Below are positions 50,583-60,708 of a DNA stretch of 64,000 nucleotides, piece by piece. The stretch is taken from the NCBI GenBank assembly GCA_963422375.2, contig OY729428.2:1248001-1312000 (forward strand). Reading direction: 5' to 3'. Each line of letters opens with the position of its first letter. The stretch's first letter is position 1. Made by a program: the position numbers and the translations under genes. Source of the stretch: Bryobacterales bacterium (lineage in GTDB: Bacteria > Acidobacteriota > Terriglobia > Bryobacterales > UBA6623). The notes beneath the pieces were generated by a model. That model was not told the DNA's origin, made no database searches, and saw only the letters and a program-made list of their open reading frames with translations.

Positions 50583-53210
50583 TCACTCCCTTGTTAGGAA
50601 CTCGTCCAGGTTCAGCAGCGCGCTGCCGAGGGTGACCCAAGTCGCGCCGTCCAACTGCGACGCCCCGGGAATTCGCACGCCGAAGAGGCGCTCGACCGAA
50701 TCCGGGGTGCGCTCCAGGATCGCCCGCTGGCTATCCCAAGAAGCTCGCAGCGACTCCATCTCGCCGGAATCCGGATCCCGCGCGAGGCAGAGGCGGAAGA
50801 CCGCCCGCAAGCGGGCGTCGCGACCGCCGTCAAACTCCGTCACCACCCGGACCGCCAAGGCCTGCGCGGCTTCGAGAAAGACCGGATCGTTAAGGAGGTT
50901 CAGCGCTTGGAGAGGCGTGTTCGTCCGGCCCCGGCGACAGGCCGGCTCATAGGTGTCCGGCATGTCGAACGCGCTGAGCAGGGGGTACGGCGCCATGCGC
51001 TGGTACTGGATATAGATGCCCCGCCGATACCTGTCCGGCCCCTCGCTGGGAACCCAGTCGCCGTCCCCGTCGCTGCCCAGCCGTCGCGCTCCCGGCGGCT
51101 GGGGCGGGCGAATGCTGCGCCCGCCAACCCGCGTGTCGAGGAGGCCTGCCACGGCGAGCGTCGAATCGCGGATCAGCTCCGCGGGCAGGCGCACTCGCGC
51201 CTGGCGGGCCGCAAGGGCGTTGGCGGGGTCAATGGTTGCTAGATCCTCGCGCCAGTCCGACGACTGACGGTAGGCAGCGGACATCACGACCGTCTTCACC
51301 AAGCGCTTCCAGCTCCAGCCCCCGTCGACGAAGTCGCGAGCGAGCCAGTCAAGGAGCTCGGGATGGGAAGGCCTCGCGCCCTGGGAACCGAAGTTCTCGG
51401 GCGTCGCGACCAAGCCGCGACCGAAGAGCTCTTGCCAGATCCGGTTCGCCGCGACCCGCGCGGTGAGCGGATTGTCCGGCGAGACGATCCAGTTGGCGAG
51501 GTCGATCCGGGTCAGGCCCGACGAAGGCCCGGCGTTCGGGAGCCACGCCGGCACGCCGGGCTCCACCGGGATGCCGGGGGCCTTGTAGCTGCCGCCGAGA
51601 TAGACGTGGGTCTGGCGCGGCCGGTCCTCCAAGCGCACTGCCTGGGCCTCTCCGAACGCGGGCAGCGAGGCATCGAGCTCCTTCAGCCGGGTCGCGAGCT
51701 CTTCGTAGCCGAGCCGCTCGTACTCCTCCTTGCTCAGGACCCGCTTGTACTCCCTCACGAAAAAATCCGTCAGCGCCTTCTCGTGTCGCACGGAGCGACG
51801 CTCTTGAGGCGTCCGGATGATGCGCTCGCCAAGATTGACGTAGGTGCGGAGCTCGTCGAAGGTGACGTCCCACTCGGCGGACTCCCCGGGGTGCTCAGCG
51901 GCCCAGAGCACTCTCTCCTCCCACGGCGGCTTTCTCTCGAAGACGCCGTGCTCCTCCAGCAGCTGGCGCCGCCGCCGCTGGTAGCCGGGCAGCGCTGCTA
52001 GGCGCGGCCCTCGCTCGCCCGGCAGGGGCGCGTCGATGTCGACTTCCTCGAGGCCGTTGAAGAACGCGAACAGCCGGTAGTACTCCTCCTGCGTGAGCGG
52101 GTCGTACTTGTGATCGTGGCACTGGGCGCAGCCCACCGTCAGCCCGAGCCAGACCGTGCCGACGGCGTTGGTGCGGTTCACCACCTGCTCGAAGCGCCAT
52201 TCCTCGGGATCCGAGCCGCCCTCCGTGTTGGTAGGAGTGTTGCGGTGGAAGCCGGTGGCGACGTGCTGGGCGACCGTCCGGCGCGGCAGCATGTCTCCCG
52301 CGATCTGCTCGAGCGTGAAGCGGTCGAAGGGCATGTCGGAACCGAACGCCTGGATGACCCAGTGCCGGTAGCGCCAAGCGTGGGGCCGGAAGTTGTCGCC
52401 GCGGAAGCCGTCACTGTCCGCGTAGCGCGCGAGGTCGAGCCAGAAGCGGGCCCACTTCTCCGCGTAATGGGGGGAGTCCAGCAGGCTGTCCACGAAGTCC
52501 TCGTATGCCTGCGGGCGCGCGTCCCTCAGAAAGCCTTCCAGCTGGGCGGGCGTCGTGGGCAGGCCCGTCAGGTCGAGGCTCAGCCGCCTTGCCAAGGCTT
52601 CCCTGGACGCGCGCGGCGACGGCTCGATCCCCTCGGACTCGAGCCGGGCGAGCACGAACCGGTCGACCTCGTTTCGCGGCCACGACACGTCCTTCACGGC
52701 GGGCAGCGCCGGCCTGGCCAGCGGCTGGAAGGCCCAGTGGGCGGCCCGAGGCCGGTCGCCGCCGGAGGACTCGGCGCGCGATCGCGGCCATTCGGCGCCG
52801 CGGTCGATCCAAGCCCTCAGCCGACCGATCTCCGCGTCCGTCAGGGACTCGCCCGCCGGCGGCATCGTCTTGCCTCCAATAGCCCCCGCCACCATCAGCA
52901 CCAGCTTGCTGGCGGCGCTATCGCCGGGCACAATGACCGGGCCGCCGTAGCTGCCTCGGAGCGCGTCGGCGCCCCGGTCGAGACGCAGCCCCTGCATCTG
53001 CTGGTCGGGGCCGTGGCAGGAGTGGCAGCGCGCCGCGAGAAGCGGCTCGACATCGCGCCGGAAATCGACGGAGCCGCCGGACGGAGGAGGCAGGGCCGGA
53101 GCGGCCGCGAGGGGCCAGATCCAAGCGGCTGCCGCCACCAATAGGATCGGCGGCGCCGCGGCGACCGGGCCCGAGCGATTCTCTTGCAGGCTGATTCCGT
53201 CCGCTCTCAC
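50583..53210 (-). CDS. Planctomycete-type cytochrome c protein (PSCyt1 + DUF1549 + DUF1553)
   Basis: CHSCH, CAQCHDHKYDP, WLDLARYADS, NTPLQALNLLN; upstream of DUF1501 as is usual; start approximate. Confidence 0.92.
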   Translation of the reverse strand: MRADGISLQENRSGPVAAAPPILLVAAAAWIWPLAAAPALPPPSGGSVDFRRDVEPLLAARCHSCHGPDQQMQGLRLDRGADALRGSYGGPVIVPGDSAASKLVLMVAGAIGGKTMPPAGESLTDAEIGRLRAWIDRGAEWPRSRAESSGGDRPRAAHWAFQPLARPALPAVKDVSWPRNEVDRFVLARLESEGIEPSPRASREALARRLSLDLTGLPTTPAQLEGFLRDARPQAYEDFVDSLLDSPHYAEKWARFWLDLARYADSDGFRGDNFRPHAWRYRHWVIQAFGSDMPFDRFTLEQIAGDMLPRRTVAQHVATGFHRNTPTNTEGGSDPEEWRFEQVVNRTNAVGTVWLGLTVGCAQCHDHKYDPLTQEEYYRLFAFFNGLEEVDIDAPLPGERGPRLAALPGYQRRRRQLLEEHGVFERKPPWEERVLWAAEHPGESAEWDVTFDELRTYVNLGERIIRTPQERRSVRHEKALTDFFVREYKRVLSKEEYERLGYEELATRLKELDASLPAFGEAQAVRLEDRPRQTHVYLGGSYKAPGIPVEPGVPAWLPNAGPSSGLTRIDLANWIVSPDNPLTARVAANRIWQELFGRGLVATPENFGSQGARPSHPELLDWLARDFVDGGWSWKRLVKTVVMSAAYRQSSDWREDLATIDPANALAARQARVRLPAELIRDSTLAVAGLLDTRVGGRSIRPPQPPGARRLGSDGDGDWVPSEGPDRYRRGIYIQYQRMAPYPLLSAFDMPDTYEPACRRGRTNTPLQALNLLNDPVFLEAAQALAVRVVTEFDGGRDARLRAVFRLCLARDPDSGEMESLRASWDSQRAILERTPDSVERLFGVRIPGASQLDGATWVTLGSALLNLDEFLTRE

Positions 53211-53473
53211 CGTCGTCGAGACGGGCCCGCCAAGAGGCCGACCCGCGAGCTGCGGCAGGCTCTCGCCGGCAGCCCCGTCGCAATATAGCAACGGGCACCG
53301 CGAAGCGCCATATCCAAGGGTTCGAATCGACGCCGGGCCCAGCGAATGCTCTCCGGGAATCCGAGAAACCCGGCCTCGAAGAGCGTCGGGGGCGATCCCT
53401 GCAGCTCGGGACGCGGCCGGACGGGCCGAGGGGCCCATACGGAGCACCCGCCCGAGCGCCCTATACTGACACC

Positions 53474-54952
53474 TTGGCGTCCGGCCGGAGGCTACTATTC
53501 CCAGCCGCTCTGCTCTGGGCGGCCGGCGCCTGCACGGCGGTGCCCGAGGAGACCCGACCCGGCGAGGTTCTGACAGATTGCGAGCCGGGCGAGGAGCCGC
53601 GCGACGCCCTCTGCGCCCGGATTCCGGTCTACGAGGACCGGGACCGGGCGGCGGGCCGCGTGATCGACCTGAGCGTCGTCGTGTACCCCGCGCTGGACCG
53701 CGACCCGCAGCCGGATCCAGTCTTCTTCCTCGCCGGAGGCCCGGGCCAAGGCGCGGCCCGGGCGAGTTCCGCGCTCGCGTCGGCGTTCCGCGACGTGCGA
53801 CGGAATCGCGACCTGGTTTTTGTCGACCAGAGAGGCACCGGCGAGTCCAACGGCCTTGACTGCGAGATGGACTGGGACGACCTCCGGACCCAATTCAGCG
53901 ACGAGGCGCATCTCGAAGCGCTGCGACGCTGTCAGGACGAGTTCGACGCCGACCTGCGGCACTACACCACGCCGGTCGCGATGGACGACCTAGACGAGGT
54001 CCGCGAGAGGCTCGGATACGGGCGGATCAATCTCTGGGGCGGTTCCTACGGAACGCGCGCGGCGCTGATCTACGTTCGACGGCATGGCGAGCGGGTGCGG
54101 AGCGCGGTGTTCGACGGGGCAGTGCCGATGGCCATGGCGCTTCCGCTCGCGATGGCGGAAGACGCCCAGCGGGCCTTGGAGATGACGGTCGCAGCCTGCC
54201 AGCTGGAGGATCCGTGCCGGGCGAGATTCCCGAACCTAGCCCGCGACCTCGAGGACCTCCTCGGCCGGCTGCGACGCAAGGCACCTGTCGTCAGGGCCGT
54301 GCATCCCCGCACCGGCGAGGCCGCGGAGCTGGAGATGCGAGCAGACGTCGTCGCCTCGATCCTGCGCGTGGCGCTCTACTCGCCATCGGGGGCGTCGATG
54401 GTGCCCCTGCTGGTCAGCCAGGCGGCCCGGGGCCGCTTCGAGGGCCTGCTCGCGACGGCGCTCAGCGCCGAGAGCGCACCCGAGCAGGCGCGGATGAGCC
54501 CGGGCATGTTCTTCTCGGTGATCTGCTCGGAGGACCTGCCCTGGGCGGAACCCGAGGCGCGCCGCCGCCGAGCGGCCGGGACGTTCGTAGGGGAATCGTT
54601 CGCCGAGGAGTGGGACGAAGCATGCGAGACCTGGCCGCGCGGCGACGTGGGGTCGGACTACCGCGAGCCGGTCCGGTCGGACGTTCCGGCCTTGGTGCTT
54701 TCGGGCGAGCTCGACCCCGTCACGCCGCCGCGCTGGGGGGCCGCCCTGGCCGAGGGCTTTCCCAATGCCCTGCACGTCGTGGTCCCCGGGACGGCCCACG
54801 GAACGTCGGCCGAGGGCTGCGTGCCCGACCTCATCGCTAGGTTCTACAGGAATGGCTCGCCGGACGGCCTCGACGCCGATTGCGTCCAGGATCTGCAGCG
54901 CCCTGCGTTCTTTGTCAGCAACGCCGGCCCTCGCATGGGCCGCTCGCGATGA
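53474..54952 (+). CDS. Alpha/beta hydrolase (TAP-like peptidase), predicted lipoprotein
   Basis: AGAC lipobox, GGPG, DQRGTG, GGSYG nucleophile, DPVTP, AHG. Confidence 0.88.
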   Translation: MASGRRLLFPAALLWAAGACTAVPEETRPGEVLTDCEPGEEPRDALCARIPVYEDRDRAAGRVIDLSVVVYPALDRDPQPDPVFFLAGGPGQGAARASSALASAFRDVRRNRDLVFVDQRGTGESNGLDCEMDWDDLRTQFSDEAHLEALRRCQDEFDADLRHYTTPVAMDDLDEVRERLGYGRINLWGGSYGTRAALIYVRRHGERVRSAVFDGAVPMAMALPLAMAEDAQRALEMTVAACQLEDPCRARFPNLARDLEDLLGRLRRKAPVVRAVHPRTGEAAELEMRADVVASILRVALYSPSGASMVPLLVSQAARGRFEGLLATALSAESAPEQARMSPGMFFSVICSEDLPWAEPEARRRRAAGTFVGESFAEEWDEACETWPRGDVGSDYREPVRSDVPALVLSGELDPVTPPRWGAALAEGFPNALHVVVPGTAHGTSAEGCVPDLIARFYRNGSPDGLDADCVQDLQRPAFFVSNAGPRMGRSR

Positions 54953-55680
54953 TCGAAGTCCGGGATCTCGGCAAGCGTTTCGGCGACGTGGTCGCGGTGG
55001 ACGGAGTGACGTTTCGCTCCCAAGACGGGGCGGTCACAGCCCTGCTGGGTCCGAACGGCGCGGGCAAGACCACAACGCTGAGAATGATCTACGGCATGAC
55101 CCGGCCGGACCGCGGCGAGGTCTCGGTCGACGGCATCGACGCGCGCGCCGACCCGCTGGGAGCGCGCGCTCTTCTAGGGGTGCTGCCCGAAGCTCGCGGC
55201 ACGTACCCGCGGCTGACGGCTCGCGAGCACGTCGAGTATTTCGGCAGACTGCACGGCCTGCGAGGCGCGGAGCTCGACCGGCGCTGCGACGCCCTGATCG
55301 ACCTGCTGGCAATGGCCGAGATCGCTGACCGACGGGCGGGCGGGTTCTCGCACGGCGAGCGCACCAAGGTCGCCCTGGCCCGGGCCTTGGTCCATGGCCC
55401 GCGCAACGTCGTCCTGGACGAGCCGACCAGTGGTCTGGACGTGATGGCTACCCGCGCCATTCGCAAGATGATCCGCCTGCTCCGCGACGAAGGCAAGTGC
55501 GTCGTCTTCTCGAGCCATGTCATGCAAGAGGTGGCCGCGGTCTGCGATTCGCTCGTGGTCGTGGCGCGCGGGACGGTCGTAGCTTGCGGAACACCGGACG
55601 AGCTGCGGGCCAAGACCGGTCACGAGAGTCTCGAGGACGCATTCGTGGCCCTCACGGACAGCGAGGAAGGGCAACCATGA
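54949..55680 (+). CDS. ABC exporter ATP-binding protein (NatA-like)
   Basis: GPNGAGKTT, FSHGE, LDEPT, SSH. Confidence 0.92.
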   Translation: MIEVRDLGKRFGDVVAVDGVTFRSQDGAVTALLGPNGAGKTTTLRMIYGMTRPDRGEVSVDGIDARADPLGARALLGVLPEARGTYPRLTAREHVEYFGRLHGLRGAELDRRCDALIDLLAMAEIADRRAGGFSHGERTKVALARALVHGPRNVVLDEPTSGLDVMATRAIRKMIRLLRDEGKCVVFSSHVMQEVAAVCDSLVVVARGTVVACGTPDELRAKTGHESLEDAFVALTDSEEGQP

Positions 55681-56858
55681 AGTCCGGGCGGGCTTCGTTC
55701 TGGGTCACGTTGCGCAAGGAACTGCTAGACGGCATCCGCGACCGGCGCTCGATCCTCGCCGCGCTGGTTCCCCTGGCGATGATTCCGGCAATGCTCCTGT
55801 TCGGCTTCGACCGAGCTTCCGACGAGATGGAGCGCGTTCGCAACATCAAGGTCCCGGTGACCGGCGGCGATCGTGCGGCACCCTTGATCGACTGGCTGGA
55901 CCGGCAGAGCGGCGTGGACATCGCGGACGGACCGGACGATCCGCGAGAGGCGGTGCGGAAGGGCGAGGTCGGCCTGGCCCTGGTAATACCGGAAGACTTC
56001 GCCGAGCGCTTCGACCGGTCCAAGACCGCGAAGGTGGAAGTCGTCGTCGACAGCTCGAATTCCCGCAACCGGCGCACGGCGGATCGCTTGCGCAGCCTGC
56101 TCCGCGCCTACGCGCAGCAGCTCGCGGCCCAGCGGCTCGTCGCGCGCGGGGTCAGCCCGGAGGTCATTCGACCTATCCGGGTGGCGTCGGTCGACCTTGC
56201 CACGGACCGGGAGCGCATGGCCCCGGCATTCGCCTTCCTACCCATGGTCCTGCTGATCACCGTGTTCGTCGGGGGCCTGCAGATCGCGATCGACTCCACG
56301 GCGGGCGAGCGCGAAAGGGGATCGCTCGAGCCCCTGCTGATCAACCCCGTGTCGCTGCTCTCGTTCGTCGGCGGCAAGTGGGGCGCCTCGGTGGTCTTCG
56401 CTTGGGCGTGCGCGCTGCTCGCGACAGGGATGCTGCTGGCCGTGTTGGAATACTCGCCCCTCCAGCGAGTAGGCCTGGACCTGGACCTCGGACCACCGGA
56501 GATCACGCGCATTCTGGCGGCGGCCCTGCCGCTGGCGCCGCTCGCGTCGGGGCTTCAGATGTCGGTCGCGACGCTGGCGCGCTCCTACAAGGAGGCGCAG
56601 ACCTACGTCTCGTTCCTCATGTTCGTGCCCATGGCACCACTGATGTTCTCGATCGGAGCGCCGGTGGAGCGCGCTCTCTGGAAGCTGGCGGTACCGGTGC
56701 TCGGCCAGCACGTCCTGATCACCAGCGCGTTGGAGGGGAAGCCGTTCGCTCCGCTCGATTTCTTCGTCGCCGCGGCAGCGGCCCTGGCGGCGGCGGCCGT
56801 GTTCGTCTACTTGACAGCTCGCCTGTTCCGCAGAGAGGCGATCGTGTTCGGGCGCTAG
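55677..56858 (+). CDS. ABC-2 permease (NatB-like)
   Basis: KELLDGIRDRR, AGERERGSLEPLL, ARSYKEAQ; multiple TM segments. Confidence 0.9.
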   Translation: MKSGRASFWVTLRKELLDGIRDRRSILAALVPLAMIPAMLLFGFDRASDEMERVRNIKVPVTGGDRAAPLIDWLDRQSGVDIADGPDDPREAVRKGEVGLALVIPEDFAERFDRSKTAKVEVVVDSSNSRNRRTADRLRSLLRAYAQQLAAQRLVARGVSPEVIRPIRVASVDLATDRERMAPAFAFLPMVLLITVFVGGLQIAIDSTAGERERGSLEPLLINPVSLLSFVGGKWGASVVFAWACALLATGMLLAVLEYSPLQRVGLDLDLGPPEITRILAAALPLAPLASGLQMSVATLARSYKEAQTYVSFLMFVPMAPLMFSIGAPVERALWKLAVPVLGQHVLITSALEGKPFAPLDFFVAAAAALAAAAVFVYLTARLFRREAIVFGR

Positions 56859-57059
56859 ATTGCGCATCCGGATAGAGCCGTCCGTCCGAGGCGCTTGGTG
56901 CATCACCAAGACCGTGCCACTCTCCGCGATCCCGGACGACGAGATGGACGGGCGTCCGCGCTAGGCAGCCTGCCCTGGGTCCGCCATCCCGGCACCGGCC
57001 TCGGAACTCCCGGCCGACGGAGGGAGCGCTAGTGACCGCAAATCCGCTTCACGGGATTT

Positions 57060-57083
57060 CAAGTCAATGAAATCAACGACTTG
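57060..57083. promoter_or_regulatory. Palindromic site containing a perfect IHF consensus
   Basis: caagtcaatgaaatcaacgacttg; aatcaacgacttg (57071-57083) fits WATCAANNNNTTR. Confidence 0.5.
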
Positions 57084-57559
57084 CCGGCGCGCTTTCCGAG
57101 AGACTCAATACTTGAGGGGAGTCGGGGGCACCCGAGCCCACCTGCCTCGCGGCCCGGATGCTACTGCCTCCAAGCCAGCGCCGCGAGCAACCGGAATCCA
57201 AGCTTCCCGGTGCGTCCCGACTGCATTCGAGAGAAGGCCGCGGCTCGCCCCAGCGGCCCGCGAGATTGGAGTCCAAGGGGCCGCGACGGGAAGGTCACTC
57301 CCGAAGCGCCGCGGGAAACACGGGAGCACAAGACCGCACCGCGGTCGCGGGCCAGCCGCTCCCTGTCGGCCTCGATGAACGAGAGGACGCCGCACAGCCA
57401 AGAAGCCTCGTGCCCCACCGGCAATTCCAAGACCGGAGAATCCATGGGAACGGTCCATTGGCTAACACAGCCGCGCCACCAGACCTCCTCCTTTCCGAGA
57501 ACCGAGACGGGTCGGCCGACCCTTGGCGCTGAGCGCCTACCGGCGGGTAGAATCGTGGC

Positions 57560-58756
57560 GTGCTGCGAATCCTGCTTGCCGCCCTGCTGGCGGCGCACGC
57601 CGTCGGAGGTAGCGCCCAAGTGAGAGAGTTCACTATTCACGTCGACGATTTCGCGCTCGCGGACTTGAAGGCCCGTCTCGAGCGGACGCGATTGCCGGAC
57701 CAGATTCCCGGCTCCGGCTGGGAGTACGGCACCGACAGAGACTACATGGAGGAGCTTCTGGCGTACTGGCGCACCGAGTACGACTGGCGCAAGCACGAGG
57801 CCGCGCTGAACGCACTTCCGCACTTCAAGACCGAGATCGACGGGATCGACCTGCACTTCATCCACGTCCGCTCGCAAGTGCCGGACGCGATGCCGCTGGT
57901 GATCACGCACGGCTGGCCGGGTTCCGTGTACGAGTTCCTCGAGGTGGTCGGTCCACTGACCGACCCGGCCGCGCACGGGCGCGAGCCCGCGGACGCTTTC
58001 CATGTCGTGCTGCCGTCAATGCCCGGCTACGGTTTCTCCGGGCCCTCACGCGAGCGGGGCATGAGCGTGGACCGAGTCGCCGGGGTGGTAGCGAAGCTCG
58101 TGCAGCGTCTCGGCTACGACCGCTACGGGGCGCAGGGAGGCGACTGGGGCTCGGGCGTCTCGGCGTGGCTGGCTCGAGACCACCCGGACCGGCTGATCGG
58201 CATCCACCTGAACATGGTCGGCGGAGGGCCTCCCGAGGGCATGGCGGACCCGGAGGCCGGCATTCCCGAGTGGGAGCTGAACCGTCACAAGGAGCGCTCC
58301 GACTGGTGGCGCGGCGAGAACGCCTACGGCAACATCCAAGGCACCAAGCCGCTGACGCTGGCCTACGGTCTCAACGACTCGCCGGCTGGGCTGGCTGCCT
58401 GGGTCGTCGAGAAGTTCCGCGCTTGGAGCGACTGTGACGGCGACGTGGAGAAGCGGTTCACCAAGGACCAGCTTCTGACGAACGTGATGCTCTACTGGGT
58501 CTCCGAGAGCATGCCCTCGGCGGTCCGGCTCTACTACGAGTCGAGACGCACCGGGCGCAGGGCAGGCCGGGTCCAGGTTCCGACCGCGGTCGCGGTATTC
58601 CCGGGCGAGATCTTCTTCTCTCCGCGCAAATGGGTCGAAGCGCGCTACAACGTCGTCCAGTGGACCGAAATGCCCCGCGGAGGGCACTTCGCCGCAATGG
58701 AGGAGCCAGACCTGTACCTGGACGACGTGACGAACTTTTTCCGGGGGCTGCGGTAG
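57560..58756 (+). CDS. Epoxide hydrolase (EHN + alpha/beta hydrolase)
   Basis: HGWPGS, PSMPGYGFS, QGGDWG, DSPAGLAAW, GGHFAAMEEP. Confidence 0.93.
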   Translation: MLRILLAALLAAHAVGGSAQVREFTIHVDDFALADLKARLERTRLPDQIPGSGWEYGTDRDYMEELLAYWRTEYDWRKHEAALNALPHFKTEIDGIDLHFIHVRSQVPDAMPLVITHGWPGSVYEFLEVVGPLTDPAAHGREPADAFHVVLPSMPGYGFSGPSRERGMSVDRVAGVVAKLVQRLGYDRYGAQGGDWGSGVSAWLARDHPDRLIGIHLNMVGGGPPEGMADPEAGIPEWELNRHKERSDWWRGENAYGNIQGTKPLTLAYGLNDSPAGLAAWVVEKFRAWSDCDGDVEKRFTKDQLLTNVMLYWVSESMPSAVRLYYESRRTGRRAGRVQVPTAVAVFPGEIFFSPRKWVEARYNVVQWTEMPRGGHFAAMEEPDLYLDDVTNFFRGLR

Positions 58757-58786
58757 CGCTAGCGCGCAGCCGCCCGGAACGGCGGT

Positions 58787-59825
58787 TCAACTCCCGGCCA
58801 GCGCCGCGAGCCCAGCTTGGATCTCCTCCTCCGGAATCCAGCGCCCCCGCGCCATGACTCCGACGCGACGCGCCACGTTCGACACGCTGTCGAGGGGATT
58901 CGCCTCGAGCAGCACGAGATCGGCGCGCCGCCCGGAAGCGACGACCCCGAAGTCCGCGCTGCCGAAGTGCTCCGCGGCGTTGCGGGTCGCGCTCGCGAGA
59001 ATCTCGAACGGCGTCAGGCCCGCCTCGGCCATGATCCGCATCTCGCGGTGAATCGAAAACCCGGGCACGTTGAAGACCTGCGGCGCGTCGGTGCCGAACA
59101 CGATCCGCGCGCCTTCGTCCTGCAGCGCCTTGAGCACTTTCCTGCGAATCTCGATGACGCGCGCGCCGGACGCCGGGTCGAGGCGCTCGCGCCGACCGGC
59201 CTGCGATTCGGCCCAAGCCTTCACGGTGTCGGTCGGCATGTACTTCAGCTCGTCTAGGGCCGTATAGCTGTCGGTCGGGACATCGGCGTTGAAGGTCTCC
59301 CACAGCGCCATGGTCGGCACCGCCGAGGCATTCGCGAGCTTGGCTGCCGCCACCAGTGCCGGGATGCCAGCCTCGTCCGCGTGCAGGCCCATCGTGCGGG
59401 CGCGGTCCGCAGGCTCCGCGCGGCGGACCGGGGAGTCGCTCGGAATGAGCGCCTCGAGGAAATTGTCGAGGTGGTCGATGCTGCCCTGGCCGGCCGCGAG
59501 AGCGTGCAGCAGACCCACGTCGTTCGGCACGTGCCCGCCGAACGCAATCCCGGCCTGCCGGGCCTCGTCGGCGATCGCGTCGTAGACCTCGACGTTGAGG
59601 CCCTCCAATATCTTCAGCAGGTCGAAGCCCGCTTCCTTCTGCTCGCGCACGCGCTTCCGCGCCTCGTCCGGGGAAAGATCCGGCGTGCCCCGGAAGGGCA
59701 TCCCCGCGGCGTAAATCGTCGGGCCGAGGCGCTCCCCGGACTCGACCTGCCGGCGCAGGTCGAGGTGAGCGGGGTTGCCGAGCATGCCGCGCACCGTGGT
59801 GACGCCGTTGGAGAGGAACAGCGAC
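58787..59825 (-). pseudogene. Amidohydrolase family gene lacking its 5' part
   Basis: Homology starts abruptly at SLFLSNGVTTVRGMLG, with an in-frame TAA shortly upstream and no N-terminal HxH motif; GHVP, IDH and GTDAP are intact. Confidence 0.8.
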
Positions 59826-59865
59826 TGCCGCTCCGGCCGTCGGCCCTCCGCCGCCGGTACCGACT

Positions 59866-59999
59866 GGCAAATCCATTAGCCGCAACGACTTGCGGCAGGA
59901 CGCCGCTGCGCGCGGGACGCGAGGGGAAAGCGCTGTTCGCGGCGCATTCCGTCCACAGAGCGTCCACGCGAGCGGATTCTGTCCACGTTCCGTCCACGC
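59866..59999. mobile_element. Candidate prophage attachment-site arm region
   Basis: gtccac at 59951, 59962, 59981 and 59992 (two pairs at 11-bp spacing) plus IHF-like gcaacgacttg near 59882, next to the gene truncation. Confidence 0.6.
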
Positions 60000-60193
60000 C
60001 CCCGGGGCCGCGGACGGCCAGTAGATTTCCTCGCCCGCGAGGGCGAGCGGCTCCAAGCGGGCAGCCGCCGGCTATCGCGCCGGGCAAGCAGCGGGACGGC
60101 CGGGGATCTGTCGTGGGTCGCCTTCCCGAAGCGGAGAGAAAACCGCGGAAACCGCAGCTTGCAAGCCCCCTGCAGGGTCGTCAGGGCCGGTGA

Positions 60194-60239
60194 CCCGGCC
60201 CCTTCCGCGGCGCAATCGCCGGGAGCGGAAGGGGCCGGG
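60194..60239. repeat. Perfect 15-bp inverted repeat
   Basis: cccggccccttccgc / gcggaaggggccggg. Confidence 0.85.
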
Positions 60240-60340
60240 CCGCTAATCCGGGCTGCAGGCAAGAGGTACAGGCTCCGCGCCGCCGAAGATCCGAGGCGCG
60301 GGAGCGAAGCGACGCCCGGCTCCACGCCGAGTTCTGCTTC

Positions 60341-60375
60341 GCAGGGGGGGCGCGCTTAGGCCAAGCCCCCCCTGC
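60341..60375. repeat. Perfect 11-bp inverted repeat
   Basis: gcagggggggc / gccccccctgc. Confidence 0.8.
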
Positions 60376-60575
60376 GCTTCGCTCCACCCTCACCATCCAA
60401 GTTAGAGGGCCTCGGGGCGCGAAGGGGAGGCGCAGGGAGCCGGGAGACAGGGAGCGGGCGAGGCGAGAGGCGGCCGGATCGGGGACCCGGGGGAGGACCC
60501 GGGGGAGGACCCGGGAGAGGCGGATCCGGGCGAGATTGCCGCGATCCCTTAACGGGTTCGAAGCGCGAGCGGCCT

Positions 60576-60708
60576 CTCGCGGCTCGCGGCGGCACGGATA
60601 CGATCCGCAACGGGGCTCGCGGCTCGCGGCGGCACGGATACGATCCGCAACGGGGCTCGCGGCTCGCGGCGGCACGGATACGATCCGCAACGGGGCTCGC
60701 GGCTCGCG
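60576..60708. repeat. Tandem repeat: three perfect 40-bp units plus a 13-bp partial unit
   Basis: Unit ctcgcggctcgcggcggcacggatacgatccgcaacgggg starts at 60576, 60616 and 60656. Confidence 0.97.

Noticed and set aside
60576..60708. CRISPR array
   Set aside because: The units are identical and contiguous with no spacers, and there are no cas genes in the window
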